A stretch of DNA of 64,000 bases from Gemmiger formicilis (GCA_963626345.1 CAVFXI010000015.1:12485-76484), one strand, 5' to 3'; shown: positions 47,717 through 58,428, numbered from the stretch's first letter. Notes: a model not told the origin generated them from the sequence alone. Numbers and translations are program-made.

Positions 47717-50623
47717 ATGCCAGAACAAAATAAAAATAAAGAAGTAGTTTCAAAGTATCAAGGAGAGGCAAATCCTGATCAAGAGATTTTAAAACTCGCT
47801 AAGAAAATTACTGATGTTGTTGCTCACAAACTTAAAGGCGTTACAAGCAACGACCCAGAATATTGGGGTTTAAGAGAAGTTCTTACTCATGAAGAAGCAG
47901 TTGTTTTAAACAAAATGAAGTTAAGAAAACTTTATACAATGGAAGAACTCATTAAAATGAATCCTGACATTGAACCAGCTGAACTCCAAAAAATGTATGA
48001 TACCATGGCAATTAAAGGTATTATCGAATACGATTATGGAGATAACTATAACGATGATGGACCAATCAAAGATGCTCCAAAAATTAAACGTTATAAACTT
48101 TCATTCTTCGTTCCAGGTTCAGCAGAACTTTTCAACTCAACGTATCAACAAATCGATGAAAAGCCACCAGTTGCATCTTTCTTTGAAAGAATGACATTTA
48201 TTCCACTTGCTGGTGTTACTGAAATGGTACCTCCAGGTGGTGATGGAATTGGTATGCACGTTATTCCTGTTGAAAAAGCAATTGAATTTAATAACGAAGC
48301 AATTAAATTAGAAAAAATTTCCTATTGGTTAAAAAAATATAGTGGTCACCTTAGCGCTGGAACCTGTTCTTGCAGACTTTCAAGAGCTAAATTAGGTGAT
48401 GGTTGTGCTGATGATGGACACGACTGGTGTATTCAAGTTGGCGATATGGCTGACTATTGTGTTGAAACAGGAAGATCACACTACATTACACATGAAGAAG
48501 CTTTAAGAATTTTAAAACGTTCAGAAGAAAATGGTTTCGTTCACCAAATCACAAATATTGATGGACCAGACAAAATCTTTGATATTTGTAACTGTGATGT
48601 AAAGATTTGTAATGCTTTAAGAACAAGCATGCTCTTCAATACTCCAAACCTTTCAAGAAGCTCATATACTGCAAAAGTTGATCCAGCAAAATGTGTTGCT
48701 TGCGGATTATGTGTTGAATATTGTCCAGGTGGTGCTGTTAAACTTGGTCAAAAATTATGTAGAAAAGATGGAACTGCTCAAGTATATCCAAAAGCACCTT
48801 TACCAGATAGATTAAAATGGGGTAAATATGCTTGGGATGAAAATTATAGAGATACAGCTAGAATGACTAATACCTATAAAACAGGTAGCGCTCCATGTAA
48901 GGCAGCATGTCCAGCTCACGTTCCTGTTCAAGCTTACTTAAAGAAAGCTCACGAAGGAAAATTTGCTGAAGCATTAGAATTAATTAAGACTGCTAATCCA
49001 TTCCCAGCAGTTTGTGGACGTATTTGTAACAAACGTTGCGAAGAAGAATGTACTCGTGGTGATATTGATAAGGCAGTTTCAATTGATGCAGTTAAGAAAT
49101 TTATTGCTGATAAAGATATTAATTCAAAGACAAGAGTCATTCCTCAAAAAGTTATGCCAACTTGTAATGATGAAGGATTCAGTGAAAAGATTGCCATTAT
49201 CGGCGCAGGTCCAGCTGGTTTAAGTGCCGCTTACTTCTTAGCTTTACTTGGATACAAACCAACAGTCTTCGAAAAGAACGCAAGACCTGGTGGTATGATG
49301 GTTTATGGAATTCCTACATATAAATTAGAAAAAGACGTTATTGATGCAGAAATTGAAGTCATTAAAGAACTTGGTGTTGAAATTAAATGCAATACTGAAG
49401 TTGGTAAAGATGTCACTATTGATGAACTCAAGAAACAAGGATATAAAGCCTTCTATGTTGCAATCGGTTGCCAAGGCGGAAGACTTCCTGGAGTCCCACA
49501 TGAAGACGCAAATAATGCATTAATCGCTGTTGATTATTTAAGACATTCATTTGAACATCAAGATGAAAAATTTGAAGGCGATGTCGTCGTAGTTGGTGGC
49601 GGAAACGTTGCAGTTGATTGTGCAAGAACAGCCCAAAGACTTGGTGCAAAAGCTGTCACTATGGTTTCACTTGAAACTAGAGATATTATGCCAGCAAGCA
49701 AAGAAGAAATTGAAGAAACCCTTGAAGAAGGCATCAATATCTTAAATGCTTATGGTCCAAAAGAACTTCAAGTTGATAAAAACAATAATGTTACAGCTGT
49801 TGTTTTCAAAAAATGTACAAAATTATATGATGAAAATCATAAATTCAGTCCTGAATATGATGAAAATGATACAGTCACTGTTCCAGCAAGCAAAGTCGTC
49901 TTTGCTATCGGTCAAACCGTTGTTTGGGGCGATTTATTAAAAGGAACAAAAGTTGAATTCACACATGGTGTCTACCCAGCAGCTGATAAATTAACATTCC
50001 AAACTGCTGACCCAGACATTTATGTTGGTGGCGATGTCTTCACTGGTCCAAAATTTGTAATTGATGCAATTGCTCAAGGACATTTCGTTGCTGAATCATT
50101 ACATAGACATGTCCATGCTTCAGAAGGTGCACATCCAACTATTGGTTTAGAAAGACATAACTTCACTGCTTTTGACAAGAAAGACATTCAATATCCACAA
50201 GGTTATGATAATGCTGGAAGACAAGAAGCAGGAATGGATGAAAAAGTTGATTATAAACATTCATTTAAAGATGCTCACTTAACATTAACCGAAGAACAAG
50301 TTAAGATTGAAACTGGAAGATGCTTAAGTTGTGGTGCTTCTGTTGTTGATCCAAACAAGTGTATTGGTTGTGGTATTTGTACAACTAAATGTAAATTCGA
50401 TGCAATCCACTTATTCAGAGATCATCCAGAAATGAGTACAATGACTATTGCCGAAGATAAAGTCGGTGGTTTGTTAAAATATAGCTTAAAACGTGGCATC
50501 AAGATTCTTCTTCATAGCGGAAGCAAAGAAGCTAAAGAGATGAAGAAACGTAGAAAAGAATTCAATAAAAACAAAGAATTCTTAGAAAAGAATCCAAATA
50601 CTGGCAATTCAAACAATGCATGA
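47717..50623 (+). CDS. YgfK-like large FeS flavoprotein oxidoreductase: Cys/His-rich N-terminal domain, two ferredoxin-type clusters, GltD/NfnB-like FAD/NAD(P) domain, C-terminal 4Fe-4S
   Basis: 968 aa; CVACGLCVEYCP, APCKAACPAHVPV...CGRICNKRCEEEC (GltD N-terminal type), dinucleotide fold IAIIGAGPAGLSAA and VVVVGGGNVAVDCA, C-terminal CIGCGICTTKC. N-terminal GTCSCRLSRAKLGDGCADDGHDWCIQVGDMADYC. Flanked by hypB and hypA with 2-nt gap and 8-nt overlap. Confidence 0.65.
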   Translation: MPEQNKNKEVVSKYQGEANPDQEILKLAKKITDVVAHKLKGVTSNDPEYWGLREVLTHEEAVVLNKMKLRKLYTMEELIKMNPDIEPAELQKMYDTMAIKGIIEYDYGDNYNDDGPIKDAPKIKRYKLSFFVPGSAELFNSTYQQIDEKPPVASFFERMTFIPLAGVTEMVPPGGDGIGMHVIPVEKAIEFNNEAIKLEKISYWLKKYSGHLSAGTCSCRLSRAKLGDGCADDGHDWCIQVGDMADYCVETGRSHYITHEEALRILKRSEENGFVHQITNIDGPDKIFDICNCDVKICNALRTSMLFNTPNLSRSSYTAKVDPAKCVACGLCVEYCPGGAVKLGQKLCRKDGTAQVYPKAPLPDRLKWGKYAWDENYRDTARMTNTYKTGSAPCKAACPAHVPVQAYLKKAHEGKFAEALELIKTANPFPAVCGRICNKRCEEECTRGDIDKAVSIDAVKKFIADKDINSKTRVIPQKVMPTCNDEGFSEKIAIIGAGPAGLSAAYFLALLGYKPTVFEKNARPGGMMVYGIPTYKLEKDVIDAEIEVIKELGVEIKCNTEVGKDVTIDELKKQGYKAFYVAIGCQGGRLPGVPHEDANNALIAVDYLRHSFEHQDEKFEGDVVVVGGGNVAVDCARTAQRLGAKAVTMVSLETRDIMPASKEEIEETLEEGINILNAYGPKELQVDKNNNVTAVVFKKCTKLYDENHKFSPEYDENDTVTVPASKVVFAIGQTVVWGDLLKGTKVEFTHGVYPAADKLTFQTADPDIYVGGDVFTGPKFVIDAIAQGHFVAESLHRHVHASEGAHPTIGLERHNFTAFDKKDIQYPQGYDNAGRQEAGMDEKVDYKHSFKDAHLTLTEEQVKIETGRCLSCGASVVDPNKCIGCGICTTKCKFDAIHLFRDHPEMSTMTIAEDKVGGLLKYSLKRGIKILLHSGSKEAKEMKKRRKEFNKNKEFLEKNPNTGNSNNA

Positions 50624-50960
50624 GCTAGGAATCGTATTTTACGTCATTGATTCAGTTGAAAAAACTTGCAAAGAAAATAACGTAAAAGAAGTTAAAAGCG
50701 TTACATTAGAAGTTGGTGAAGTCTCCACTATTGTCCCATCATACTTTGAAGATTGCTTTAAATGGGCAATTAGGAAGACTGAATACATGAAAAACTGTAA
50801 ACTCAACTTAATCACTATTAAAGCTTTGACTTATTGCAAACACTGCAAAGAAACATATGACACCGTAACTTATGGTCGCCAATGTCCTCATTGTGGATCT
50901 TATGACACTTATCTTGTTACAGGAGATCAATGTAACATTAAAGATATAGAAGTTATATAA
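50616..50960 (+). CDS. hypA: Ni-metallochaperone HypA
   Basis: N-terminal MHE Ni-binding motif and a zinc module CKHC...CPHC; 114 aa. Confidence 0.85.
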   Translation: MHELGIVFYVIDSVEKTCKENNVKEVKSVTLEVGEVSTIVPSYFEDCFKWAIRKTEYMKNCKLNLITIKALTYCKHCKETYDTVTYGRQCPHCGSYDTYLVTGDQCNIKDIEVI

Positions 50961-50971
50961 AAGCATATTAA

Positions 50972-51012
50972 ATGCACGCATTAAACATCAAGTTTCATGC
51001 GTGCATTTTTTT
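50972..51012 (+). terminator. intrinsic terminator of the hypB-ygfK-like-hypA operon
   Basis: ATGCACGCAT-15 nt loop-ATGCGTGCAT followed by TTTTTTT. Confidence 0.75.
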
Positions 51013-51020
51013 AAAATTTC

Positions 51021-51035
51021 ATATACGTTTCGGCC
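51021..51035. repeat. intergenic motif copy C: ATATACGTTTCGGCC
   Basis: 8 nt after the hyp operon terminator T-run; followed by the minus-strand SDR gene terminator (51043..51077). Confidence 0.6.
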
Positions 51036-51042
51036 TTAATTT

Positions 51043-51077
51043 AAAAAAACTCATTCGTAATAACCACGGATGAGTTT
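51043..51077 (-). terminator. intrinsic terminator of the SDR gene
   Basis: Minus strand reads AACTCATCCGTGGTTATTACGAATGAGTT followed by TTTTTTT. Confidence 0.6.
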
Positions 51078-51104
51078 TTCAATTACTTTAATTTAATCTA
51101 AAAC

Positions 51105-51956
51105 CTAAACACCTGAATATGATGAGAATCCACCATCAATTGGTAAAACTACACCTGTAATAAAAGATGCAGCATTTTCACTCAATAAAAATAAAACCGA
51201 ACCTAACAATTCTTCAGGTTCACCAAATCTTCCCATTGGTGTTGCATTAATGATTTTGCCAGTTCTTGCTGTAGGTGTTCCATCATTGTTCCATAATAAT
51301 GCCTTATTTTGCGCTGTTGAGAAAAATCCAGGAGCAATTGCATTTACTCTAATTCCAACTTTTGAAAAATGAACAGCTAACCATTTTGTAAAATTACTTA
51401 CAGCTGCTTTAGCACCACTATATGCTGGAATTTTCGTTAATGGAGTAAAAGCATTCATACTTGAAATATTTAAAATTGAACATCCTTTCTTTCCAATCAT
51501 ATCTTTCGAAAATTCTTGAGTTGGAAGCAAAGTTCCTAAAATATTTAAGTTGAATACAAATTCAAAACCGGATGCATCTAAATCAAAAAAAGACTTAGTA
51601 TCACTATCTAAATCACCATACTCAAAATATTCTTTATCAGTTGTAGCTTTAGGATTATTTCCTCCCGCACCATTTAAAAGAATATCGCATGGTCCTAAAT
51701 CTTTTAAAACTTCTTCATGACATTTTTTTAAACTATCTTTATCTAAAACATTTGCTTCATATCCAAATGCAATTCCACCATCTTTTCTAATTTCTTCTAC
51801 AAATTTATCTGCAGATTCTTTATGTAAATCAAGCAAAGCAATTTTTGCTCCAGCACTTGCCAAAGCTTTAGACATCATTGAGCAAAGAACGCCTCCAGCA
51901 CCAGTAACGACAATAACTTTATCTTTTAAATCATTAACTTCTAATGGTAACTTCAT
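51105..51956 (-). CDS. SDR-family oxidoreductase (UxuB-type mannonate/fructuronate reductase-like)
   Basis: TGAGGVLC Rossmann motif and NGAGGN; adjacent to uxuA. Confidence 0.75.
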   Translation of the reverse strand: MKLPLEVNDLKDKVIVVTGAGGVLCSMMSKALASAGAKIALLDLHKESADKFVEEIRKDGGIAFGYEANVLDKDSLKKCHEEVLKDLGPCDILLNGAGGNNPKATTDKEYFEYGDLDSDTKSFFDLDASGFEFVFNLNILGTLLPTQEFSKDMIGKKGCSILNISSMNAFTPLTKIPAYSGAKAAVSNFTKWLAVHFSKVGIRVNAIAPGFFSTAQNKALLWNNDGTPTARTGKIINATPMGRFGEPEELLGSVLFLLSENAASFITGVVLPIDGGFSSYSGV

Positions 51957-51958
51957 AA

Positions 51959-52993
51959 TTACTTATTCTCCTTTTCAACCGCTTCAAATAATCCACATAA
52001 ATATGCAGCACCTAAAGCTCTATCATATAAACCATATCCAGGTTTTGCTTCTTCTCCCCAAATATTACGCCCATGGTCTGGTCTAACATATCCATCAAAT
52101 CCATTGTTAACTAACTCTTTAACAATTTGATAAACATCAACGTTGCCACAAGCTGTTTGATGACCATTTTCATAAAAGTCAGTTTCATTAACAAATTTTA
52201 ATTGTCTTAAATGTGCAAAATATATACGTTTTGCGTACTTTTTTGCCATTTTTGGTAAATCATTAAACCTTCCTGCACCTAAAGAACCTGTGCAAAAAGT
52301 TATACCATTATGAACATTTGGGACTGCCTCAAATAGCCTATCATAATCACTTTCTTTTCCCACGATTCTAGGAAGTCCAAATATATCCCAAGGTGGATCA
52401 TCTGGATGAATTGCCATATTTATTTTTGCTTCATCACAAGCTGCCATAATAGCTTTCAAAAAATAAACTAAATTATCAAATAACTGCTCATGAGTCATAC
52501 CTTCATATTCTTTAAGCAAACCATTTAATTCTTCGCTTGAATAACTTTCGTCCCAACCAGGCAATCTTAAATTATGTTTATCAAGTTTGCTAAAATCAGC
52601 CTCGCTATAAGAAAGTGAATTCGATCCATCTTCGTGTTTATAATGTAAATTAGTTCTAAACCAATCAAAAACTGGCATAAAATTATAACAAATACATTTA
52701 ACTCCGTATTTCCCAAGAAGCAAAATATTCTTTTTATAATTTTCAATATATTTATCTCTTGTTGGCTTTCCAAGTTTAATATCTTCATGAACTGGAACAG
52801 ATTCTATAACTTCCATTTCTAAACCTGTTTTATCACATAATTCTTTTAAATGTTTAATGCTTTCTTCTGGCCAAACTTCTCCTACAGGAACATCATAAAC
52901 AGCAGTGACAACGCCACTCATTCCTTGAATTTGTTTAATATAATTTAATGGTATGCAATCATTTTCGCCATACCATCTAAATGTCATTTTCAT
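51959..52993 (-). CDS. uxuA: mannonate dehydratase
   Basis: MKMTFRWYGENDCIPL N-terminus characteristic of UxuA; 344 aa. Confidence 0.85.
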   Translation of the reverse strand: MKMTFRWYGENDCIPLNYIKQIQGMSGVVTAVYDVPVGEVWPEESIKHLKELCDKTGLEMEVIESVPVHEDIKLGKPTRDKYIENYKKNILLLGKYGVKCICYNFMPVFDWFRTNLHYKHEDGSNSLSYSEADFSKLDKHNLRLPGWDESYSSEELNGLLKEYEGMTHEQLFDNLVYFLKAIMAACDEAKINMAIHPDDPPWDIFGLPRIVGKESDYDRLFEAVPNVHNGITFCTGSLGAGRFNDLPKMAKKYAKRIYFAHLRQLKFVNETDFYENGHQTACGNVDVYQIVKELVNNGFDGYVRPDHGRNIWGEEAKPGYGLYDRALGAAYLCGLFEAVEKENK

Positions 52994-53117
52994 TTTTTGA
53001 GGCTCCTTTCAAAAAAGTCGTGAATGAAATAATCTTCAGTACAACAAGAATAAGTCATACATGCATATATCTTTTTCACAGATGACTTTTTTCTTTAATA
53101 TTATACTTTTTAAATAT

Positions 53118-54404
53118 TTATTTATTAAATATTTTTGTATAAGTTCCGAGTAAATCTAAACTTGGTTTTCTTGTTCTTTTAAAATTATTTTCTCTATCAA
53201 CTTCAACTAAACCAAATTGCATAGAAAACCCTTTTTGCCACTCGAAATTATCGCAAAAAGACCAATGCAAATATCCAATAACTTCAGCACCATCTTTCTG
53301 TGCTTCTTGAAGCCCGTTTAAAGCTTTTCTAATAAAATCACATCTATCTACATCGTTTGTTGTAGCAATGCCATTTTCAGTAACAAGAATTGGTTTGTGT
53401 AATTCTTTATATACCTTTTTAATTAAATGACCCAATGCTTCTGGATAGAATTCATAGCCCATTTGAGTTAGTTTTGCATCTTTTGGATTTGGCATTAATC
53501 CATCTTTACCAATCAATGATCGTGTATAATTTTGTAAACCAAAGAAATCATCACCTTCAATAAATGGGATATAGTGTTCTAATTCATCATCCCATTCTTT
53601 TGCGGCATTTTCTTCGCCACCTTCAACTATTTGAATATCATGCAAAGATAATGTTATTCCGACTTTAATTTTTGGATACAATTCTTTTATTACTTCACGT
53701 GCAGCTACATGAGCTTTGCAAACTAACAAATCTCCTTCAACAGATCTTGCTGAAACAAAAACTTCTGGTTTTGTTGTTCCAAAAACTTTTTGACATTCCA
53801 TAGCTTTATTTTGCATATTTTGCATTATTTTATCGAAATTCATGCCTATTTGCACAGTGCCTTCTAAACTCTTATTAGCTTTAGCGAGCATAAATTGTTT
53901 TTTATATCTTTCTTCAATACGAGAAACTTGAACTCCCATATTTGCTTCATTAATTGTGCAAACATAATTTAAATACTTTCCCAAACTTGAAATAACTTTT
54001 TTAACATATCTCTTAAAATAGAAAACCACTTGTGGATTTTCCCACCCACCTTCATCAATTAACCATTTAGGACTTGTAAAATGCATTAATGTTACTACTG
54101 GTTCGATTCCGCTATTTATACATTCAAGAATTTCGTTTTTATAATGTTCAATTTCCTTATCATCGAATTCACCTTTTTTAGGCTCAATTCTTGCCCATTC
54201 AATTGAAAATCTAAAAGCGTTTAACCCTGCATCTTTCATTAATTTAATATCTTCTTTATAAAGATTATATTGATTAACTGACATGCCTGACTTTTCTAAA
54301 AAATCAGTATATGTCATATTTTCAAGTGCCCAATAATCACTATGAATATTATTCCCTTCAACTTGATGGGCAGCCACTGAAGATCCTACTAAAAATTTAC
54401 TCAT
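53118..54404 (-). CDS. GH1-family beta-glucosidase / 6-phospho-beta-glucosidase
   Basis: N-terminal VGSSVAAHQVEG (GH1 signature region) and nucleophile motif VTENGIA. Confidence 0.8.
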   Translation of the reverse strand: MSKFLVGSSVAAHQVEGNNIHSDYWALENMTYTDFLEKSGMSVNQYNLYKEDIKLMKDAGLNAFRFSIEWARIEPKKGEFDDKEIEHYKNEILECINSGIEPVVTLMHFTSPKWLIDEGGWENPQVVFYFKRYVKKVISSLGKYLNYVCTINEANMGVQVSRIEERYKKQFMLAKANKSLEGTVQIGMNFDKIMQNMQNKAMECQKVFGTTKPEVFVSARSVEGDLLVCKAHVAAREVIKELYPKIKVGITLSLHDIQIVEGGEENAAKEWDDELEHYIPFIEGDDFFGLQNYTRSLIGKDGLMPNPKDAKLTQMGYEFYPEALGHLIKKVYKELHKPILVTENGIATTNDVDRCDFIRKALNGLQEAQKDGAEVIGYLHWSFCDNFEWQKGFSMQFGLVEVDRENNFKRTRKPSLDLLGTYTKIFNK

Positions 54405-56193
54405 GTTTTGTTTCTCCTTTTGTAATTCCTTTTTCATTAAAAGCATCAACTCTAAAATAATATTCTTTACCTTTTATTAACGCTCCGATATTAACTTTGT
54501 TTCCAAATATCATATATGAATGATAAAGTTTGTTTTCTTTTGTTCCAAAGAGAATATTGAAACCTGTAACATCGTTTTGTTGTTCAACTTCAATTTCAAT
54601 ATCTATATCAGAAACCCTATGGATTTTAAATTTCGGTGTTTTTGGTAGCTTCATTTTATCATTTATTCCAAACACCCTTAATCCAGAAATAGCAGGTTTT
54701 TGTTCATAAGGAACTTCTATAATCTTAAGTCTAATATATCTCGCTTTAATTCCGTTTTCTCTAATAATTAAATCGTGTGTTAAATCAGTATCTACATTTT
54801 CCTTATTTTCGATTATGAAATAATTAATCCCATCTTCTGAACCTTCGATGATATATCTAGTTTTTAAATCTCGTTCTTCAATATATCGTGCTTGAGTCGT
54901 TCCTCTAATCTTTCCAGGGACTTTTATGTTAATAATTCCATCCCCAAAATTAACTTGAATCGCTCTAACATCCATTGAGCGTCCTAAATCAACTTCAGCC
55001 CATTCATTTTTAATTCCATTTGCTTGCCATATTGTTTTAATATTCTCATCCACAATATTTTCTGGAATATTATTTTCAAAATATGAACTTGCTTTAACTT
55101 TTTTATGATAGGAAAGCAAATTCCATTTTGGAAGGCTCCAAGGATCTTTTCTTAAATCATCAATATTATATGGATAATCACCGAAATTTTGATTACAAAA
55201 TAATTCTCCATCTTCATCAATTCCAGCTTTAAATAAACCTATTCTTCTTTCAAAATTATGGATTACAGAAATAGACATTGTTGATACATGCCACAAAGCG
55301 TTTTCATTATCTATAACATTTGAACCATGACCAGCTCCGTTAATAAAACCACCAGGCTTATATGAAAATGGATTATTATCTTGAAGTTTAAAATCTTTTA
55401 ATGGGTTATCACTAACATAAACAGCATCGCAATAGGTATTATATTGAGTGCCTGGTGTTCCGTATTGTAAATAATATTGGCCATTAAATTTATCCATCCA
55501 AGCGCCTTCGATATAAGGTGTATCTTTAAACATTCCCTTAATTAAGGGTTTATATTTTTTTGGTATAAGAAATGAAGGAATTTTCGATTTTTTCATAAAT
55601 GCTTTATATTTTTCTTCAATTTCTTGCTCAGTTGCTGGATAAATTGAGTTATTGAAACCTATTCTTTCAAATCCTTTTTCATATGGATTGCCAAAAATTA
55701 ATCCAACTTCTTCCCCTTTTTTTATTAACGTTTTATTGTCAAGTTCTACCCCATATATAGGATCCGTATTTGTGCACCCATGGTAAAAATAAACTTTTCC
55801 ATCATCATCAAAAAACAAATTTGGATCCCAATACCTTGTTTTTTCTTTAATCTCTTCATAAGGACCATTAATTACATCTTTTGTTTTAAACCTATGGCAA
55901 TCATGTTCTTTGCTAGAGGCACAAAAATATACATACCCATCTTTAACTCTGGCATCAGGTGCATAATCGTATAAAGGTAAATTTATAGGAAGTTTTTTAT
56001 ATTCCCAATTTGTTAAATCTTCAGAAACATAAACCCCTAAAGACATACTAGCGAAAATATAATACGCTCCCTTAAAAAATATAATCGTAGGGTCTGCGCC
56101 TTCTCTACAGATAGAAATCCTTTCTTTTCTAGGATCCTTATTAAATTGATATTTATAAGGTATGTTTAAAGGATTACAAAAATATTTACCCAT
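54397..56193 (-). CDS. GH43-like glycoside hydrolase with C-terminal discoidin/F5-8 type C-like domain
   Basis: GADPTIIFFKGAYYIFASMS (GH43-type five-bladed propeller start) and a C-terminal beta-sandwich segment. Confidence 0.55.
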   Translation of the reverse strand: MGKYFCNPLNIPYKYQFNKDPRKERISICREGADPTIIFFKGAYYIFASMSLGVYVSEDLTNWEYKKLPINLPLYDYAPDARVKDGYVYFCASSKEHDCHRFKTKDVINGPYEEIKEKTRYWDPNLFFDDDGKVYFYHGCTNTDPIYGVELDNKTLIKKGEEVGLIFGNPYEKGFERIGFNNSIYPATEQEIEEKYKAFMKKSKIPSFLIPKKYKPLIKGMFKDTPYIEGAWMDKFNGQYYLQYGTPGTQYNTYCDAVYVSDNPLKDFKLQDNNPFSYKPGGFINGAGHGSNVIDNENALWHVSTMSISVIHNFERRIGLFKAGIDEDGELFCNQNFGDYPYNIDDLRKDPWSLPKWNLLSYHKKVKASSYFENNIPENIVDENIKTIWQANGIKNEWAEVDLGRSMDVRAIQVNFGDGIINIKVPGKIRGTTQARYIEERDLKTRYIIEGSEDGINYFIIENKENVDTDLTHDLIIRENGIKARYIRLKIIEVPYEQKPAISGLRVFGINDKMKLPKTPKFKIHRVSDIDIEIEVEQQNDVTGFNILFGTKENKLYHSYMIFGNKVNIGALIKGKEYYFRVDAFNEKGITKGETKHE

Positions 56194-56202
56194 AATTTTC
56201 TC

Positions 56203-58416
56203 CTAAACTATATATTCATATTTCCCTTTTTCAACAATTTCGCCTTCCTTATTAGGCAACTTGACTACTGATTTTGAAGGAACTTCGATATTAAATTTAA
56301 TTTTATTGTTTTCTAAATATTCATAACTGACTTTTATAAGACCAGCACGAGATTTATAACTTCCACTTACGTTTCCAAGCCTCTTATCAATATAAGGTTC
56401 AATTTTTATTTTTGTATATCCTGGCTCAAGAGGTTTAATACCTAAAATATATTGATAATAAAATTCGCCGACTGCCCCAAATGAATAATGGTTGAATGAA
56501 ACCATATTATCTCCGTTATTTTGTGACTCATTAACAAAACCATCTTCTTTTAATGAATCCCATCTTTCCCAAATTGATGTAGCACCTTTATTAATTTGAT
56601 ACATCCAACCTGGGCATTTTTCACTCAATAATACATCATAAGCCAGTTTAGTTTCGCCTGCTTCTACTAGCATTGGAAGAAGATGTTCAGTTGCGTAAAA
56701 ACCAGTATCTAAACCATATTTCCTTACGTTTTCTACAAATCTTTTTTGAACCAATTTTCTAAGTTCTTCATCACTATTTTGATTTAATACATGTTTTAAA
56801 ATTAAAACATAATTTCCTTGATAATCTTTTTTAACCTTGCCAGTTTTGGTATTAATAAACGCTTTTATATATGCTTTTTTAACTTTATTATAGATTTCTT
56901 CATAATGTTTATATTCATCCTCTTTATTCATTAATTTCAAAAGGTCTAAGAATATTCTTAAGTCATTAACAAAGAATGAATTTGAAACTGGATGGTTATT
57001 CATTGCTTGCCAGGAGATACCCTTTCTTAAAGATAACCAGTCGCCTAAAGAAACAGACTTCCATAAATATTTTTTACCAGCTTTAGCAATTTCTAAATCA
57101 ATATAATCTTTCATTGCTTCGTATTGATCTTTAAAGAAATCTAAATCACCATATTGTTTATATATAATTTCTGGAATAATACTTACTGCGTTTCCCCAAC
57201 CTTGCATAGTTATAAATCCAACTGGTTTTGGATTTGGATGAGGCAAATATGCAGAAACATTTCCATCACCATTATCGATTTGTTGTAGCCTTAAATCATT
57301 AAAGAAATTTTTCCAAAAATCTAAAGTATCATAATTATATGTTCCAGTTAAAGCAAAGACATGCCCATCTCCTGTATACCCCATTCTTTCATCTCTTTGA
57401 GGACAATCAGTTGGCACTTCAACATAGTTGCTCTTTTGACTTCTATTTAAATTGTCATAAAGTTTGTTAACAAGCTCATTTTCACAGCGGAACTCTCCTA
57501 GACGTTCCATATTTGTGTAAATTGAATGAGCTTTCAGTAGGTTTTCCTTATATTTAACCCCTTTAATTTCAATATAACGGAATCCCATATATGTAAATCT
57601 AGGAGAATACCATCCTTTTTCATCACCTTTTTTATACACTAATGTTGCTTTAGCTTTTCTTAAATTAGTTGTATATAAAGATCCATCTTTATTCAAAATT
57701 TCGCCATGTCTAATAGTAATTTCTTGCCCTTTTTCTAATAAATCTGAGTTTATAGAAACTATACCTGCGAAATTTTGACCGAAATCTACGATTGTATAAT
57801 CATCGTGTTGATAAACATTTTTAATGCTTACTTCTTCTTGAATCCTAACCTCAGTTAAAGTCTTCTCGATTTTAACGTCTTTTGGAAACTCTAAAGCTTT
57901 TAGTTTGCCACATTCTTTATTTAAATCTGATTTAGAATAATCAATTATTTCACCATCATATTCTCCAGCATAGTTATATTCACTTACATATGCCTTCATT
58001 CCATCATATGAAAAGTAATTTTCTTTTGTTCCATCAACATATTCTATTTCTAAATTATATGAAATACTTGGTAAAGAACCAAAGTTTTGAGTAGTATTTT
58101 CACAATAAAATCGACCTGAATACCAACCTTGACCAACATAAATTTCTAGTAAATTATTTTTCTTTAATAAATCTTTTACATCATATTCTTGATAAAGAAC
58201 TCTTTTCTTATAATAAGTAAATCCAGGTTTAAATAATTGTTTCCCAACTTTTTTAGAATTTAAATATACATCGTACATTCCAAAACCAGTTATCAATAAT
58301 TTTGCATTTAAAACCGCCTTAGAAAGATTAATGTTTTCAATTAACTTATAAACATCACCTTCTACATATTCTTTATCTAAATATACTAGATGTTTTTTTA
58401 ACTCATTAAATTCCAT
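56203..58416 (-). CDS. GH78 alpha-L-rhamnosidase
   Basis: AKLLITGFGMYDVYLNSKKVGKQLFKPGFTYYKKRVLYQEYDVKDLL matches the conserved GH78 N-terminal segment; 737 aa. Confidence 0.8.
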   Translation of the reverse strand: MEFNELKKHLVYLDKEYVEGDVYKLIENINLSKAVLNAKLLITGFGMYDVYLNSKKVGKQLFKPGFTYYKKRVLYQEYDVKDLLKKNNLLEIYVGQGWYSGRFYCENTTQNFGSLPSISYNLEIEYVDGTKENYFSYDGMKAYVSEYNYAGEYDGEIIDYSKSDLNKECGKLKALEFPKDVKIEKTLTEVRIQEEVSIKNVYQHDDYTIVDFGQNFAGIVSINSDLLEKGQEITIRHGEILNKDGSLYTTNLRKAKATLVYKKGDEKGWYSPRFTYMGFRYIEIKGVKYKENLLKAHSIYTNMERLGEFRCENELVNKLYDNLNRSQKSNYVEVPTDCPQRDERMGYTGDGHVFALTGTYNYDTLDFWKNFFNDLRLQQIDNGDGNVSAYLPHPNPKPVGFITMQGWGNAVSIIPEIIYKQYGDLDFFKDQYEAMKDYIDLEIAKAGKKYLWKSVSLGDWLSLRKGISWQAMNNHPVSNSFFVNDLRIFLDLLKLMNKEDEYKHYEEIYNKVKKAYIKAFINTKTGKVKKDYQGNYVLILKHVLNQNSDEELRKLVQKRFVENVRKYGLDTGFYATEHLLPMLVEAGETKLAYDVLLSEKCPGWMYQINKGATSIWERWDSLKEDGFVNESQNNGDNMVSFNHYSFGAVGEFYYQYILGIKPLEPGYTKIKIEPYIDKRLGNVSGSYKSRAGLIKVSYEYLENNKIKFNIEVPSKSVVKLPNKEGEIVEKGKYEYIV

Positions 58417-58428
58417 AATTATTATTCC

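Noticed and set aside
47006-47728. Two minus-strand ORFs (47006..47281, 47303..47728) antisense to hypB
   Set aside because: They lie entirely opposite a strongly conserved hypB reading frame. Their proteins are low-complexity and Ser/Leu-rich. They are shadow ORFs
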